Origin: an uncultured cyanobacterium
GTDB taxonomy: Bacteria > Cyanobacteriota > Cyanobacteriia > Cyanobacteriales > CAWCAG01
Reading direction: 5' to 3'
Length of the DNA: 64,000 nucleotides
NCBI GenBank assembly: GCA_963793425.1
Contig: CAWCAG010000009.1
Coordinates: forward strand, 384,001-448,000
The notes beneath the pieces were generated by a model, which worked only from the letters and a program-made list of their open reading frames with translations, was not told the origin of the DNA and did no database searches. The translations under genes and the position numbers were made by a program. Within the stretch, counting starts at the first letter, position 1. Every line of letters begins with the position of its first letter. Shown here piece by piece: positions 1 through 9,134 of the stretch.

Positions 1-1
1 C

Positions 2-115
2 CTCTTTGGTAGTGGGGAAACTGTCTCCCTTAAAGAAGTGGATGAAAAATGGAGTATTAATAATGTTGATTTAGTCGTCCTCAGTGCCTACCAAACTGGT
101 TTAGATGGTTTGTAG
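2..115 (+). pseudogene. 3' remnant of a CHAT-domain gene, cut by the window edge and truncated
   Basis: Frame 2 reads LFGSGETVSLKEVDEKWSINNVDLVVLSAYQTGLDGL*. This matches the CHAT motif VDLVVLSACQTG with Cys replaced by Tyr, followed by an early stop. Confidence 0.65.
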
Positions 116-228
116 AGTTATTCCTAAACAACCTAAATACTATAGTTCTCGAGGTGCGATCGCACCTCAAAACAAATATCCTAAACTAGCATTAAATTAA
201 CTGCCGCATCCTCACGAAAAGAATACTC

Positions 229-1028
229 ATACCAGATTTTGGTGAGTGGCATAACTTATCTGTTAGGGTAGGCAAAAGGCAAAATTAGGGAAGTAGGGAG
301 ATGGGGAGACTGGGGAAACAGGGAGATAAATCAACTTATTACTTAAAAACCCATAAGCTATAATCAAAAGCTATAAGCTGGCTTTGATTCTGCAACGGAA
401 AAGTAGTCCTATGGTACAGACACCCACAAAACCCCTAACCTTAGAGGAATTCCTGGAGTTACCAGAGACAAAACCTGCTAGTGAATACATTAAGGGAAAA
501 GTTATTCAGAAAGTCATGCCCCAGGGAAAGCATAGTATCTTACAAAGAGAGTTAACTTTTGCTCTCACGGTTCAGTTTAGAATAGAGCGAAAGGCACAGG
601 CTTTCCCTGAATTGCGCTGTACTTTCGGAGGAAAATCTATCATTCCTGATATAGCAGTCTTTCGTGCAGAGCGTATTCCCAGAGAAAGCAGTGGGGATGT
701 AGCCAATGCGTTTAATTTACATCCAGATTGGACAATAGAAATCCTCTCTCCTAATCAAAGGCAAAGCAAAGTAATTCGTAATCTTCTTCATTGCCTCGAT
801 TATGGTGCAGAAATGGGTTGGTTAGTAGATCCGGAGGAATTCTGCATCTTTGTTTATAGTGCTGATAAGTCAGTGCAGGTGTTTGAGGGAGAAATGGTGT
901 TGCCAGTGCCAGAGTTTGCCCAAGGTTTGCAACTTAAGGTAAGTGAAATATTTGCTTGGTTGAAAGAGTAGTAGTGTTAGGTACAATCCCCTCACAGATA
1001 AGTTATGAAACTTACCAGAATCTGGTAT
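229..1028. mobile_element. TIR-bounded, MITE-like element containing the Uma2 gene
   Basis: 229-268 and 989-1028 are inverted repeats with 35/40 identity; ends are TA-CCAGATT...AATCTGG-TA; no transposase inside. Confidence 0.6.
411..971 (+). CDS. Uma2 (DUF820) family PD-(D/E)XK endonuclease-like protein
   Basis: LTLEEFL, PELRCTFGG, IPDIAVF, PDWTIEILSP and GWLVDP motifs; ATG at 411 preferred over TTG at 384. Confidence 0.9.
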   Translation: MVQTPTKPLTLEEFLELPETKPASEYIKGKVIQKVMPQGKHSILQRELTFALTVQFRIERKAQAFPELRCTFGGKSIIPDIAVFRAERIPRESSGDVANAFNLHPDWTIEILSPNQRQSKVIRNLLHCLDYGAEMGWLVDPEEFCIFVYSADKSVQVFEGEMVLPVPEFAQGLQLKVSEIFAWLKE

Positions 1029-1235
1029 TAGATTATATTTTGGTAATCGGTTGAAGAGAATTCTTGAATTTTGCATAAAATTGCGCTGCTTCATGAGAAA
1101 TACAAATAGATACTGGTGAAATTCTCAGATGCTCAGATGGGCTTGCGTAAACTTTTGCCACTTATGGCGTTCAGTAAGGACATTTTGTAGTAGTTGAGAT
1201 AATAATTGAGTAAATCCAGATGAGTACCATGAAAT

Positions 1236-2204
1236 ATGAGGGAACCAATACAGATAAGTGATTTACTCAAAAAGTATCAAGAATCTAGACCTGAGAGTGA
1301 GGAGGCTATAGCAATTAAAACAAACATTATCGAAAAGTTATCTACATATTGTTGGTGGAGAAACCAGGAGCTTAAAGAATTATTTACCGCCGAAATTCAA
1401 GCCATCAAATCAGAATTGAAGCAAAAGATTCAAGATTTGTGGGAATTTCAAATCAATCAAACCACCAATTGTTTAGAAATAGCTAAATCTTTAATAGAAG
1501 AAGCCGTTATTTTGAAACAACAATACGAGCAAAAGTTAATTACAGATAACTTTATCAATACTCTAGCCGCCAAAGTTAAACATAGTCCGGAAAATAGTTC
1601 TCAAAGAAGAGTTTATACCCAATGGCTTCTTAAAGCTATGGATACAAAGAATGTTTATAAAAGAGTAGGACTAGGAGCAAATTTTAATTTATCAAGGCGG
1701 GATTACGAAGAGGCGTTTTATGAAGCCAAAAAAGAGTCAATTATTTATACTCTGAAAAGGATTAGTGAATATGATGAAAGCAAAAATTTCATGGCTCTGA
1801 TCAATTACTGGATTGCCATAAAATTCTCTGATGCGGCTGGCCAGATTATCGGGCTTAAAAAGAGTCAATCTCGTAAAGCCCCAGAAGATAAAGTTTTAAT
1901 TAATATTGAAGATCCTACCTCGCGAACCTTTTCTAATCAATCAGGAGACTACGAAGAGAAATTTGCTTGCAACCAAAGGTCAGAAGAACTAAAAACCCTT
2001 GTTAAAGAACACCCGAAGTTGAATAAAAAGATTAGAAAAACTGCGAAGGAAACTTTTGCTGATATTCTAATTGGTCTTTATTGGGAAGGAGAGACTTTTG
2101 AAAATCTTTCCCAAAAATGGAATATTCCTCAAAGCACCATCAGCACTTTCTATTATCGAGAGCGAAGCAAAGTTAAACCCTATTTAAGAGAAATTTTGCA
2201 ATAA
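1236..2204 (+). CDS. divergent sigma-70-like / HTH regulator
   Basis: Region-2-like YEEAFYEA...ISEYDESKNFMALINYW; C-terminal HTH ETFENLSQKWNIPQSTISTFYYRE; lies directly upstream of DUF1822. Confidence 0.6.
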   Translation: MREPIQISDLLKKYQESRPESEEAIAIKTNIIEKLSTYCWWRNQELKELFTAEIQAIKSELKQKIQDLWEFQINQTTNCLEIAKSLIEEAVILKQQYEQKLITDNFINTLAAKVKHSPENSSQRRVYTQWLLKAMDTKNVYKRVGLGANFNLSRRDYEEAFYEAKKESIIYTLKRISEYDESKNFMALINYWIAIKFSDAAGQIIGLKKSQSRKAPEDKVLINIEDPTSRTFSNQSGDYEEKFACNQRSEELKTLVKEHPKLNKKIRKTAKETFADILIGLYWEGETFENLSQKWNIPQSTISTFYYRERSKVKPYLREILQ

Positions 2205-2224
2205 TTAACTAGGAGCAAAAAGTA

Positions 2225-3202
2225 ATGAATGTCCAGGCAATAACTGATAATTTGACATTTCCTATTGACTTAACAGCTTCTCATCAAGAAGTAGCGAGAA
2301 AGTTGAGTCAAAATAAATTAAGTTCAGCTCTGGCTAAGGAGTTTTACTATAACATTTTGGCAGTATGTCTTGTTAAAGATTATTTAGAACTATTAGGTTA
2401 TGAAACAGATTGGGACAGTAGCGATTTTCATAATCCAGTAATGTCTAGCTTTGCTGATGTAGCAGATTTAGAAGTTAAAAACCACGGTAAGTTAGAATGT
2501 CGCGCCGTTTTTTCAGATGAGGATATTTATGTTCGTCCTGATGCTTGGAAAGACCGTATTGGTTATGTTTTTGTTTGTTTAGATGAATCTCAAAGACAAC
2601 AACATATTATCGGTTTTGTACCTTCAGTGGAAGAGACAGAAGGAGTTATTTCTTTTGATCAATTACGTTCTTTAGAAGATTTTCCGGAATATCTTAGCCA
2701 ACAGGAACAGTACGAAGTTACAACTCAAAGCATTGGTGAAACAATTGAAGAAAAAGTAGTGGTACTAGGACAGTGGTTTAAGGATGCTAAAGCAAGTTTG
2801 CAACAGGGCTGGCAAGATGCGGAAGAGTTGTTGCTGAGACAAACCCAAAGCCTCAGTTATATGACGAGAAATGCTACTGGCACTATTGATAAAGCCAAGT
2901 TGATTGACTTAAAAATCAACTTGGCTAATCGAGGGGTAATGTTAATGATCACGATTACACCACAATCAGAAGAAAGACTAAAAATTCGCGCTCGTTTATA
3001 TCCAGCTTCTGGGCAGAAACACTTGCCATTAAGTTTGAAGTTAGAAATACTTTCTGAAGCAGAAAAATCTCTTAAAGAAGTTACATCTCAATGGAGAGAT
3101 TATTTCATTCAATTACCAGAATTTACTTGCTCACCAGGAGACAAGTTTAAACTTAGGGTTAGCTTAGGGATGGCTAGCTTGACTGAAGAATTTATAGTTT
3201 AA
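2225..3202 (+). CDS. DUF1822 family protein
   Basis: YYNILAVCLVKDYL, DVADLEV, GKLECR, DRIGYVFV, AKLIDL, LPLSLKLEILSE, SLTEEFIV; AGGAG RBS upstream. Confidence 0.85.
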   Translation: MNVQAITDNLTFPIDLTASHQEVARKLSQNKLSSALAKEFYYNILAVCLVKDYLELLGYETDWDSSDFHNPVMSSFADVADLEVKNHGKLECRAVFSDEDIYVRPDAWKDRIGYVFVCLDESQRQQHIIGFVPSVEETEGVISFDQLRSLEDFPEYLSQQEQYEVTTQSIGETIEEKVVVLGQWFKDAKASLQQGWQDAEELLLRQTQSLSYMTRNATGTIDKAKLIDLKINLANRGVMLMITITPQSEERLKIRARLYPASGQKHLPLSLKLEILSEAEKSLKEVTSQWRDYFIQLPEFTCSPGDKFKLRVSLGMASLTEEFIV

Positions 3203-3225
3203 GTTGGTGCAGAGGTATAAATGTC

Positions 3226-5607
3226 ATGAGAAAGATTATTTCTTTGCGCTTAGGAAATGGCAGTTTAGAAGCAGGTTTTTCTAATCTTGTTGTCACTGTT
3301 TATAAAGGTGCTGAATTATTAGAAGAAATAGATATTGGTGGTCTGCCTCCTAACCAGGAAATTCAAACAACTTATCAGAGATGGCAATGGCTCTATCAAG
3401 ATTTTATTGGTCACAGCAGTAGTTTTCTTGGTGGTGATATTGATGAGGGAGGACTTGATTTTAGACCCAGAGTATTAGAATTTTCTAATGATGGTATTGA
3501 AAGAGGCAATCAAGAAAACGCCACAGAATTACCTACTTATTTATTAGAATCACTTAATCAGTGGCTCAATTCTTCAGAATTTAGACCAATTGATCAAGCT
3601 TTACGTACTAATATTAATGTCGAAGATGAAGTTGTTTTAGTAATTCAAACTGATAATGAGATATTAAGAAAATTACCTTGGCAGGAATGGGACTTTTTCA
3701 AGAAGTATCCTCAAGCAGAAGTTGCTTTGAGTGCGCCTCGGTTTTCTTCCAAGCAAAAATCTGCAACTACGGCCGGACAAGTAAGAATTTTAGCAATTAT
3801 TGGAGATTGCCAAAATATAAACCCAGAAGCAGATTTACATACCCTCAGAAATAATCGGCAGGTAGAGTTAGAAATTGTTACTCAACCTTCTCGTCAACAA
3901 ATTTGCGATCGCCTCAGAGATCAACAAGGCTGGGACATTTTATTTTACGCTGGCCATAGTAAGTCTAATGCAGAGAAAGGTTGGATTAGTATTAATGAAA
4001 ATACTAAGCTAGAAATATCTGAGTTAAATGCTGCTTTGCAAGTAGCAATTGAAAATGGTTTACAGTTAGCTATCTTTAATTCTTGTCAAGGATTAGGTTT
4101 AGTTCCGCAATTAGAACTATTAGGAATGCCTCAAGTTATTGTTATGCGCGAACAAGTACAAAATCGCGTTGCTCAAGAATTTCTAGGGGAGTTTATCACT
4201 AACTTTTCTAAGGGGAAATCTTTTTATATTGCGATTAGAAAAGCCAGAGAAAGACTTAAAGATATAGAAGACCAATATTACTGCGCTAGTTGGCTGCCTG
4301 TAGTGTGTCAACATTGGTCTGTTCAACCCCCAACTTGGGAACAATTATGTAATCCTCCTGTGCTATCTCCCCGTGATTTATTACTTCGTAGAGGAGGAGT
4401 AATTACCTTCGGGTTGTTGATAGGAATGTTGGTAGTTGTATTGCGTTTTTTTGGTTTATTCCAAGCTTGGGAATTTAAAGCTTTTGATTGGTTAATGAGG
4501 ATGCGTCCTGATGAAGGAGTAGATTCTCGTTTGTTAGTAGTTGAAGCAACAGAAGAAGATATTAATCGTTTTGGTTATCCTCTTTCTGATGGCATACTTG
4601 CTGAAACTATCGAAGTGATCAAAGAACATCAACCTAATAATATAGGTTTATTTATTCTTCGCGATCGTCCTATCAAATCAGGTCATCAAAAACTACTTGA
4701 TCTTTTACAAAATGATGATAATTTAATTGCTTTGTGTAGTGTCGGCTCAAACAAAGATGACCCAAATAAACCAGGTATTGCTTCACCCTCTGGATTAACT
4801 GAAGAAAGTTTAGGATTTAGTAATATAGTATTAGATAAATTTGATGGAGTTCAACGTCGTAATCTTTTGTTTATGAGTCCTGGTTTGAACAATTCTTGTA
4901 GTACTCGCTTTTCTTTTAGCTTTCAACTTGCTTCAAAATACTTAAGTTCAGTAGGAATAGAACCAGAAACAATCGATAGAAATCGCGTTAAAATTGGTAA
5001 TGCAATATTTGAACGTTTACAGCCCAATAGTGGTGTATATCAAAATTTAGATGATCGTGGTTTTCAAATTTTACTTAATTATCGTAGTTCTGAAAATGCG
5101 GCTCCAACAATTTCTCTTAGTGAGGTATTGGAAAATAAGTTCAATCCTGAATTAATAAAAGGACGTACTGTTATTATTGGTGTAGTTGCCCCAGTATCTA
5201 ATCCTACAGCTTTCTCTTCTACTCCTTATAGTAACGGCGTATTAAACCAAATGCCTGGGGTTTATGTCCAAGCCCAAATGACTAGCCAAATCCTCAGTAC
5301 AGTTTTAGATAAACGCACTTTGTTATGGAATTTACCGTTAACAGGAGAAATACTTTGGGTACTTATTTGGTCTTTAGTAGGGAGTGGAATTACTATTATT
5401 TGTTTAAGGGAATGTAACTCATTTTTACTCTTTATCTACACAGGATTTGGTATTTTAGTTTTATATTTAGTTTGTTTTGGTTTTTTACTGCAAGGAGGAT
5501 GGCTGCCATTAGTACCAGCAGCAATTTCTTTATCAATTAGTAGTGTGGGAGGATGGCTTTTGATGAAAGATTGGCGAGAATTTGGGGAAGTAATAGGTAA
5601 TAGGTAA
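3226..5607 (+). CDS. CHAT (caspase-like) protease fused to a CHASE2 sensor, membrane protein
   Basis: LPWQEWDFF, ILFYAGHS (His) and AIFNSCQG (Cys); a TM helix, then CHASE2 (WEFKAFDWLMRMRP, RLLVV, MPGVYVQAQMTSQILS) and three C-terminal TM helices. Confidence 0.9.
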   Translation: MRKIISLRLGNGSLEAGFSNLVVTVYKGAELLEEIDIGGLPPNQEIQTTYQRWQWLYQDFIGHSSSFLGGDIDEGGLDFRPRVLEFSNDGIERGNQENATELPTYLLESLNQWLNSSEFRPIDQALRTNINVEDEVVLVIQTDNEILRKLPWQEWDFFKKYPQAEVALSAPRFSSKQKSATTAGQVRILAIIGDCQNINPEADLHTLRNNRQVELEIVTQPSRQQICDRLRDQQGWDILFYAGHSKSNAEKGWISINENTKLEISELNAALQVAIENGLQLAIFNSCQGLGLVPQLELLGMPQVIVMREQVQNRVAQEFLGEFITNFSKGKSFYIAIRKARERLKDIEDQYYCASWLPVVCQHWSVQPPTWEQLCNPPVLSPRDLLLRRGGVITFGLLIGMLVVVLRFFGLFQAWEFKAFDWLMRMRPDEGVDSRLLVVEATEEDINRFGYPLSDGILAETIEVIKEHQPNNIGLFILRDRPIKSGHQKLLDLLQNDDNLIALCSVGSNKDDPNKPGIASPSGLTEESLGFSNIVLDKFDGVQRRNLLFMSPGLNNSCSTRFSFSFQLASKYLSSVGIEPETIDRNRVKIGNAIFERLQPNSGVYQNLDDRGFQILLNYRSSENAAPTISLSEVLENKFNPELIKGRTVIIGVVAPVSNPTAFSSTPYSNGVLNQMPGVYVQAQMTSQILSTVLDKRTLLWNLPLTGEILWVLIWSLVGSGITIICLRECNSFLLFIYTGFGILVLYLVCFGFLLQGGWLPLVPAAISLSISSVGGWLLMKDWREFGEVIGNR

Positions 5608-6318
5608 ATGGAAAAGATAATAACTTATTTAGCAATTTTGAGCTTGATATTTATTGTAGTGGAAGACTATATAATCAGTCCGGCTGCAAGTCAAAATATT
5701 CCTGGTTATGAACCTCTTGAATATGACCCACCTATTAATGGTCAACCAGAAACTGAGCCTGGTAACACTAGTCGCGGTGATTGTCCTCGTACAGATAAAC
5801 CTTTTACTCCCTTAATACCTCAAAATAATGGGATAAATACTTTAGCAGAATATCCTACTCTTTGGTTTTATTCCCCTTATAAACAGTTTACTTTAAATTT
5901 AGTAATTGAAGACAAAGATAGCAATAATACTGTAGTAAACGAGATTTATGAAATCAAGCAAGGTGAAAGTATTGTCGGTGTTACTTTACCTAAAAATATG
6001 CTAGGTTTAGAAGTAAATCGTACTTATAATTGGCGAGTTAAATTTACTTGTGATCCTTTAGTTGAAGCTTCTGCTGCTGCTGCCAGTGGAGTGATTCAAC
6101 GAGTAACCACAGATGAATATTTAATCACTCATAGTAGTATTAAAGAACGGATTCGTTTGTATGCGAAACAAGGGTTATGGGCTGAAGCAATTACTACGTT
6201 AATAGAAGCCCGTAAGTTCAATCCAGCAGATGAAGAATTACAACAAAACTGGTCAGATTTATTATCAGATTCTGATGTGTTATTAGAAGATTTTGTTTCT
6301 GAACCTTTAGTTGAATAA
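5608..6318 (+). CDS. DUF928 family exported protein
   Basis: Signal peptide, SRGDC, TLAEYPTLWFYSPY, YNWRV and YAKQGLWAEA; starts immediately after the CHASE2 stop codon. Confidence 0.85.
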   Translation: MEKIITYLAILSLIFIVVEDYIISPAASQNIPGYEPLEYDPPINGQPETEPGNTSRGDCPRTDKPFTPLIPQNNGINTLAEYPTLWFYSPYKQFTLNLVIEDKDSNNTVVNEIYEIKQGESIVGVTLPKNMLGLEVNRTYNWRVKFTCDPLVEASAAAASGVIQRVTTDEYLITHSSIKERIRLYAKQGLWAEAITTLIEARKFNPADEELQQNWSDLLSDSDVLLEDFVSEPLVE

Positions 6319-6377
6319 AATAAAGTAAAACAAGAGTAACCCTGGGGTACAGCCTGGATTCTGGTTTTTGCTAGTGG

Positions 6378-7391
6378 CTAATAGCTAGTGGCTAGTGGCA
6401 TTACTGCATTTCTTAACAACGCTTTTAACTTCTGCCGCATTAAAATTCCTGGCTTATCACTCATCATATGTTGTTCTAGTTTGAGATCCAAAGGAACGTT
6501 ATAATCAGTGGTTTCTAATATAGCTTTGTCTTCTAGAGTTACTGCACGATCAAAAGCAATTATATCTTCAGCTTTGGTTTCGGTTTCGGTGTCGTTTCGC
6601 AGACAAAATTGAACAATCTGGGAAGTAGAATCATTAATGGGAGTAGCGGTATTGACAATAATATGAACTAAACCGTTAGGATAATTAATTCGTATTTTAG
6701 CAGTAAAAGGTAAATACCAATTCATATCTAAAGTTCGGGTAATTACTTCCTCACTCATTTTTAGGTTTTGCTGCTGCTGTTTAGGGTTAACTACATTCAA
6801 AGTTGCTGTACTATGAATGCCGTATTCTGTTTCTTCAACTTCTATGTCATCGGGGATAGGATGAGCTTCGCTACCAAAAGTAGTAGTATGAACAAAGGTA
6901 GGATGGGCGAGATCAAACTCGTTTTCCATTACCCGCAACCCTGCACAATTCCAAGTTTCATAAAATTCAGGAATGAGACGAAAGTTAGGCTCTTTGGCTT
7001 CAGCTATTTCGGGAATCTTATTAAGAGGTTCTCCTAAACAGACCCAAATATAACTATAATGTTCTTGACAATTATAGGTTTTGATTTGATAGGTTTTAGG
7101 TATCTGGTCACTGTCTTCTAATTGTGGTACTTTTACACAATCCCCCTCACTATTAAACCTCCAACCGTGGTAAGGGCAAACAATATTACCATCTATTACT
7201 TTACCTTGAGAGAGTTGCGCTGAACGATGACAACAGCGATCCTTTGCTGCTATTACTTTGCCTGAATTATTTAACCATAAAACAATTTTTTGCCCCAATA
7301 ATTCAAACTTCTGGGGCTGTTTTAATAAATGCGATCGCGGCATTACAGGATACCAAAATCTTTGAAAAACTGGCTGCTGAGTAACTAACAT
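6378..7391 (-). CDS. Rieske non-heme iron oxygenase alpha subunit
   Basis: Rieske ligands CCHR...CPYHGW; mononuclear iron motif ENEFDLAHPTFVH...EDKAILE. Confidence 0.9.
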   Translation of the reverse strand: MLVTQQPVFQRFWYPVMPRSHLLKQPQKFELLGQKIVLWLNNSGKVIAAKDRCCHRSAQLSQGKVIDGNIVCPYHGWRFNSEGDCVKVPQLEDSDQIPKTYQIKTYNCQEHYSYIWVCLGEPLNKIPEIAEAKEPNFRLIPEFYETWNCAGLRVMENEFDLAHPTFVHTTTFGSEAHPIPDDIEVEETEYGIHSTATLNVVNPKQQQQNLKMSEEVITRTLDMNWYLPFTAKIRINYPNGLVHIIVNTATPINDSTSQIVQFCLRNDTETETKAEDIIAFDRAVTLEDKAILETTDYNVPLDLKLEQHMMSDKPGILMRQKLKALLRNAVMPLATSY

Positions 7392-7398
7392 CTGTAAA

Positions 7399-7430
7399 TA
7401 ATTGCTAATTGCTAATTGCTAATTGCTAAT
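7399..7430. repeat. heptamer repeat (TAATTGC)x4
   Basis: Read directly from the sequence. Confidence 0.9.
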
Positions 7431-7489
7431 AGTTAAAGCTTTCACCCCATCTCCCTATCTCCCTAGCTCCCCAGCTCCCCAACTCCCCA

Positions 7490-8242
7490 TCACACTCCAA
7501 TCATACTCAAAACCCTCAAAGCCATTGCCCTCATTTTTTGAGTCTTTGAGAAAATACCAAACAACATTTGTCGTATAAACCAACGTCCTAAACGAGGTAC
7601 AATTAACCGCAGTAACCTTTGGAAACCTTGTTTAAATAACCAAGACATAATAATTGGTACAAAATAGGTAATGGGATCTAAGGTTTGAATTTGTTCTAGA
7701 TTAACTGCACCAAATCCTCCTACGGTTAATAAAGATAGTAACCAAGAAACTCCATTTAATTTATTAGTTATATCTAAGCGTAATTCAGCAATTAAACAGT
7801 TAATCAACCAACAATGAGTGCGAATAATATCTAAGTTAAATCGTGGCGATGCTAAACAATCATTACTGACTTGTTGAATAATATCTCCATCAAGGGAAAT
7901 AAAGCTTCTGATTACTGGCTGAGAAAACTGTTCCTGTTGATAATAAGAAGAAAAAGTCATGCCTGTATTAAAGCTATTTCCTTGCCCAAAAAGAGCATAG
8001 TAACGAAAATTGTTGAGTAATTCTTTGCTAACTTTGATTGTAATAGTACTTGGTGGTACTTCCTTGAATATAGAAATGATTTCTGGATTTAAGTTAAGGT
8101 TAAGACCATAAATAACTTCTTGCTTATTCTCATCTTTCTCTTTAACTACTTGAATATAATCATCCAAAATTAAAGTTGTTAATAGATGGCGATGCTGGAG
8201 TTTGGCTTTGCCTGGGCGCTTTTGAAGAGGATTATTTTTCAC
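7490..8242 (-). CDS. hypothetical protein with C-terminal hydrophobic helices
   Basis: 250-aa ORF; IRSFISLDGDIIQQV motif shared with neighbours; hydrophobic C-terminus. Confidence 0.7.
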   Translation of the reverse strand: MKNNPLQKRPGKAKLQHRHLLTTLILDDYIQVVKEKDENKQEVIYGLNLNLNPEIISIFKEVPPSTITIKVSKELLNNFRYYALFGQGNSFNTGMTFSSYYQQEQFSQPVIRSFISLDGDIIQQVSNDCLASPRFNLDIIRTHCWLINCLIAELRLDITNKLNGVSWLLSLLTVGGFGAVNLEQIQTLDPITYFVPIIMSWLFKQGFQRLLRLIVPRLGRWFIRQMLFGIFSKTQKMRAMALRVLSMIGV

Positions 8243-8264
8243 ATCTCAACGCAGAGTCACTACT

Positions 8265-9125
8265 TCAATTTTGATCAGAATTATTGCTACGTCCTAAAAA
8301 ATTTAACCCAGTACCAATACCTTTTTCTAAACCTGTTTGTACTATATCAATCACAAATCCTAATAAACCTCGCCATTCTTTTTCACCATTTTCAACACTA
8401 ATTTTGTGAATTTGCAGAATCAAATCTCGATGGGGATGGTCAAATATTTTATCGGAAAAACGGTTAATAATATCTCCATCAAGCTGAATTACTGTTTGAG
8501 CATAGATAATATCAGTTTTAACAGTATTTTCAATAACTTCCGAAGTTACATAACTTTCATGTTCTGCTGTTTCTTCAATCAAAGAACGGTTACGATTATC
8601 TAAGGCTGTTTTCAGTTCTCCCATTTTACGCAAACAACGCAAGAAACGACTGTCAGCAAACAAACTACGAATATCTGCTTGTGCTTGGATAGTTTCTTGA
8701 TCAAAAGGATTTGGTAATCCTGTAACCATCTCTTCCATTGTTCCATTAGGATCGCTAATCGCCTCAGATTCTCCCTTCATAGAAGCTACTTTTTGAGGAC
8801 TATATAAGCTAGAATCAGGATCACCCAAAAGAGAAATATAGTTAAGTTCGAGTTCTTTTCGTAATTCCATATAAGGTTCCCACAAAGATTGATGAACCTC
8901 ATGTTGTTTTAAGTAGCTACGATCAATGGCGTAAATATCTTGGTAAGTTTTCCAAGGCATAAACTTGTCACCACTGATGTGGTCAACTACCATAGTATTA
9001 ACTTCTAATGCCGTAATATCTGTAAGGACATTACCCATGGAGGCAACAAAATCATTGAGACTTTTTTGTAGACTAAAACGGTAAGTCTCGTCCTCATTAA
9101 TAGTTCCCTTAATTTCATTTGTCAT
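8265..9125 (-). CDS. hypothetical protein
   Basis: 286-aa ORF; ALEVNTMVV and YAQTVIQLDGDIINRF motifs. Confidence 0.75.
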   Translation of the reverse strand: MTNEIKGTINEDETYRFSLQKSLNDFVASMGNVLTDITALEVNTMVVDHISGDKFMPWKTYQDIYAIDRSYLKQHEVHQSLWEPYMELRKELELNYISLLGDPDSSLYSPQKVASMKGESEAISDPNGTMEEMVTGLPNPFDQETIQAQADIRSLFADSRFLRCLRKMGELKTALDNRNRSLIEETAEHESYVTSEVIENTVKTDIIYAQTVIQLDGDIINRFSDKIFDHPHRDLILQIHKISVENGEKEWRGLLGFVIDIVQTGLEKGIGTGLNFLGRSNNSDQN

Positions 9126-9134
9126 TTGTGCTTT

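Noticed and set aside
190..228. Minus-strand FREDA peptide resembling an ISAs1 transposase motif
   Set aside because: Five residues with no supporting frame; chance is likely.
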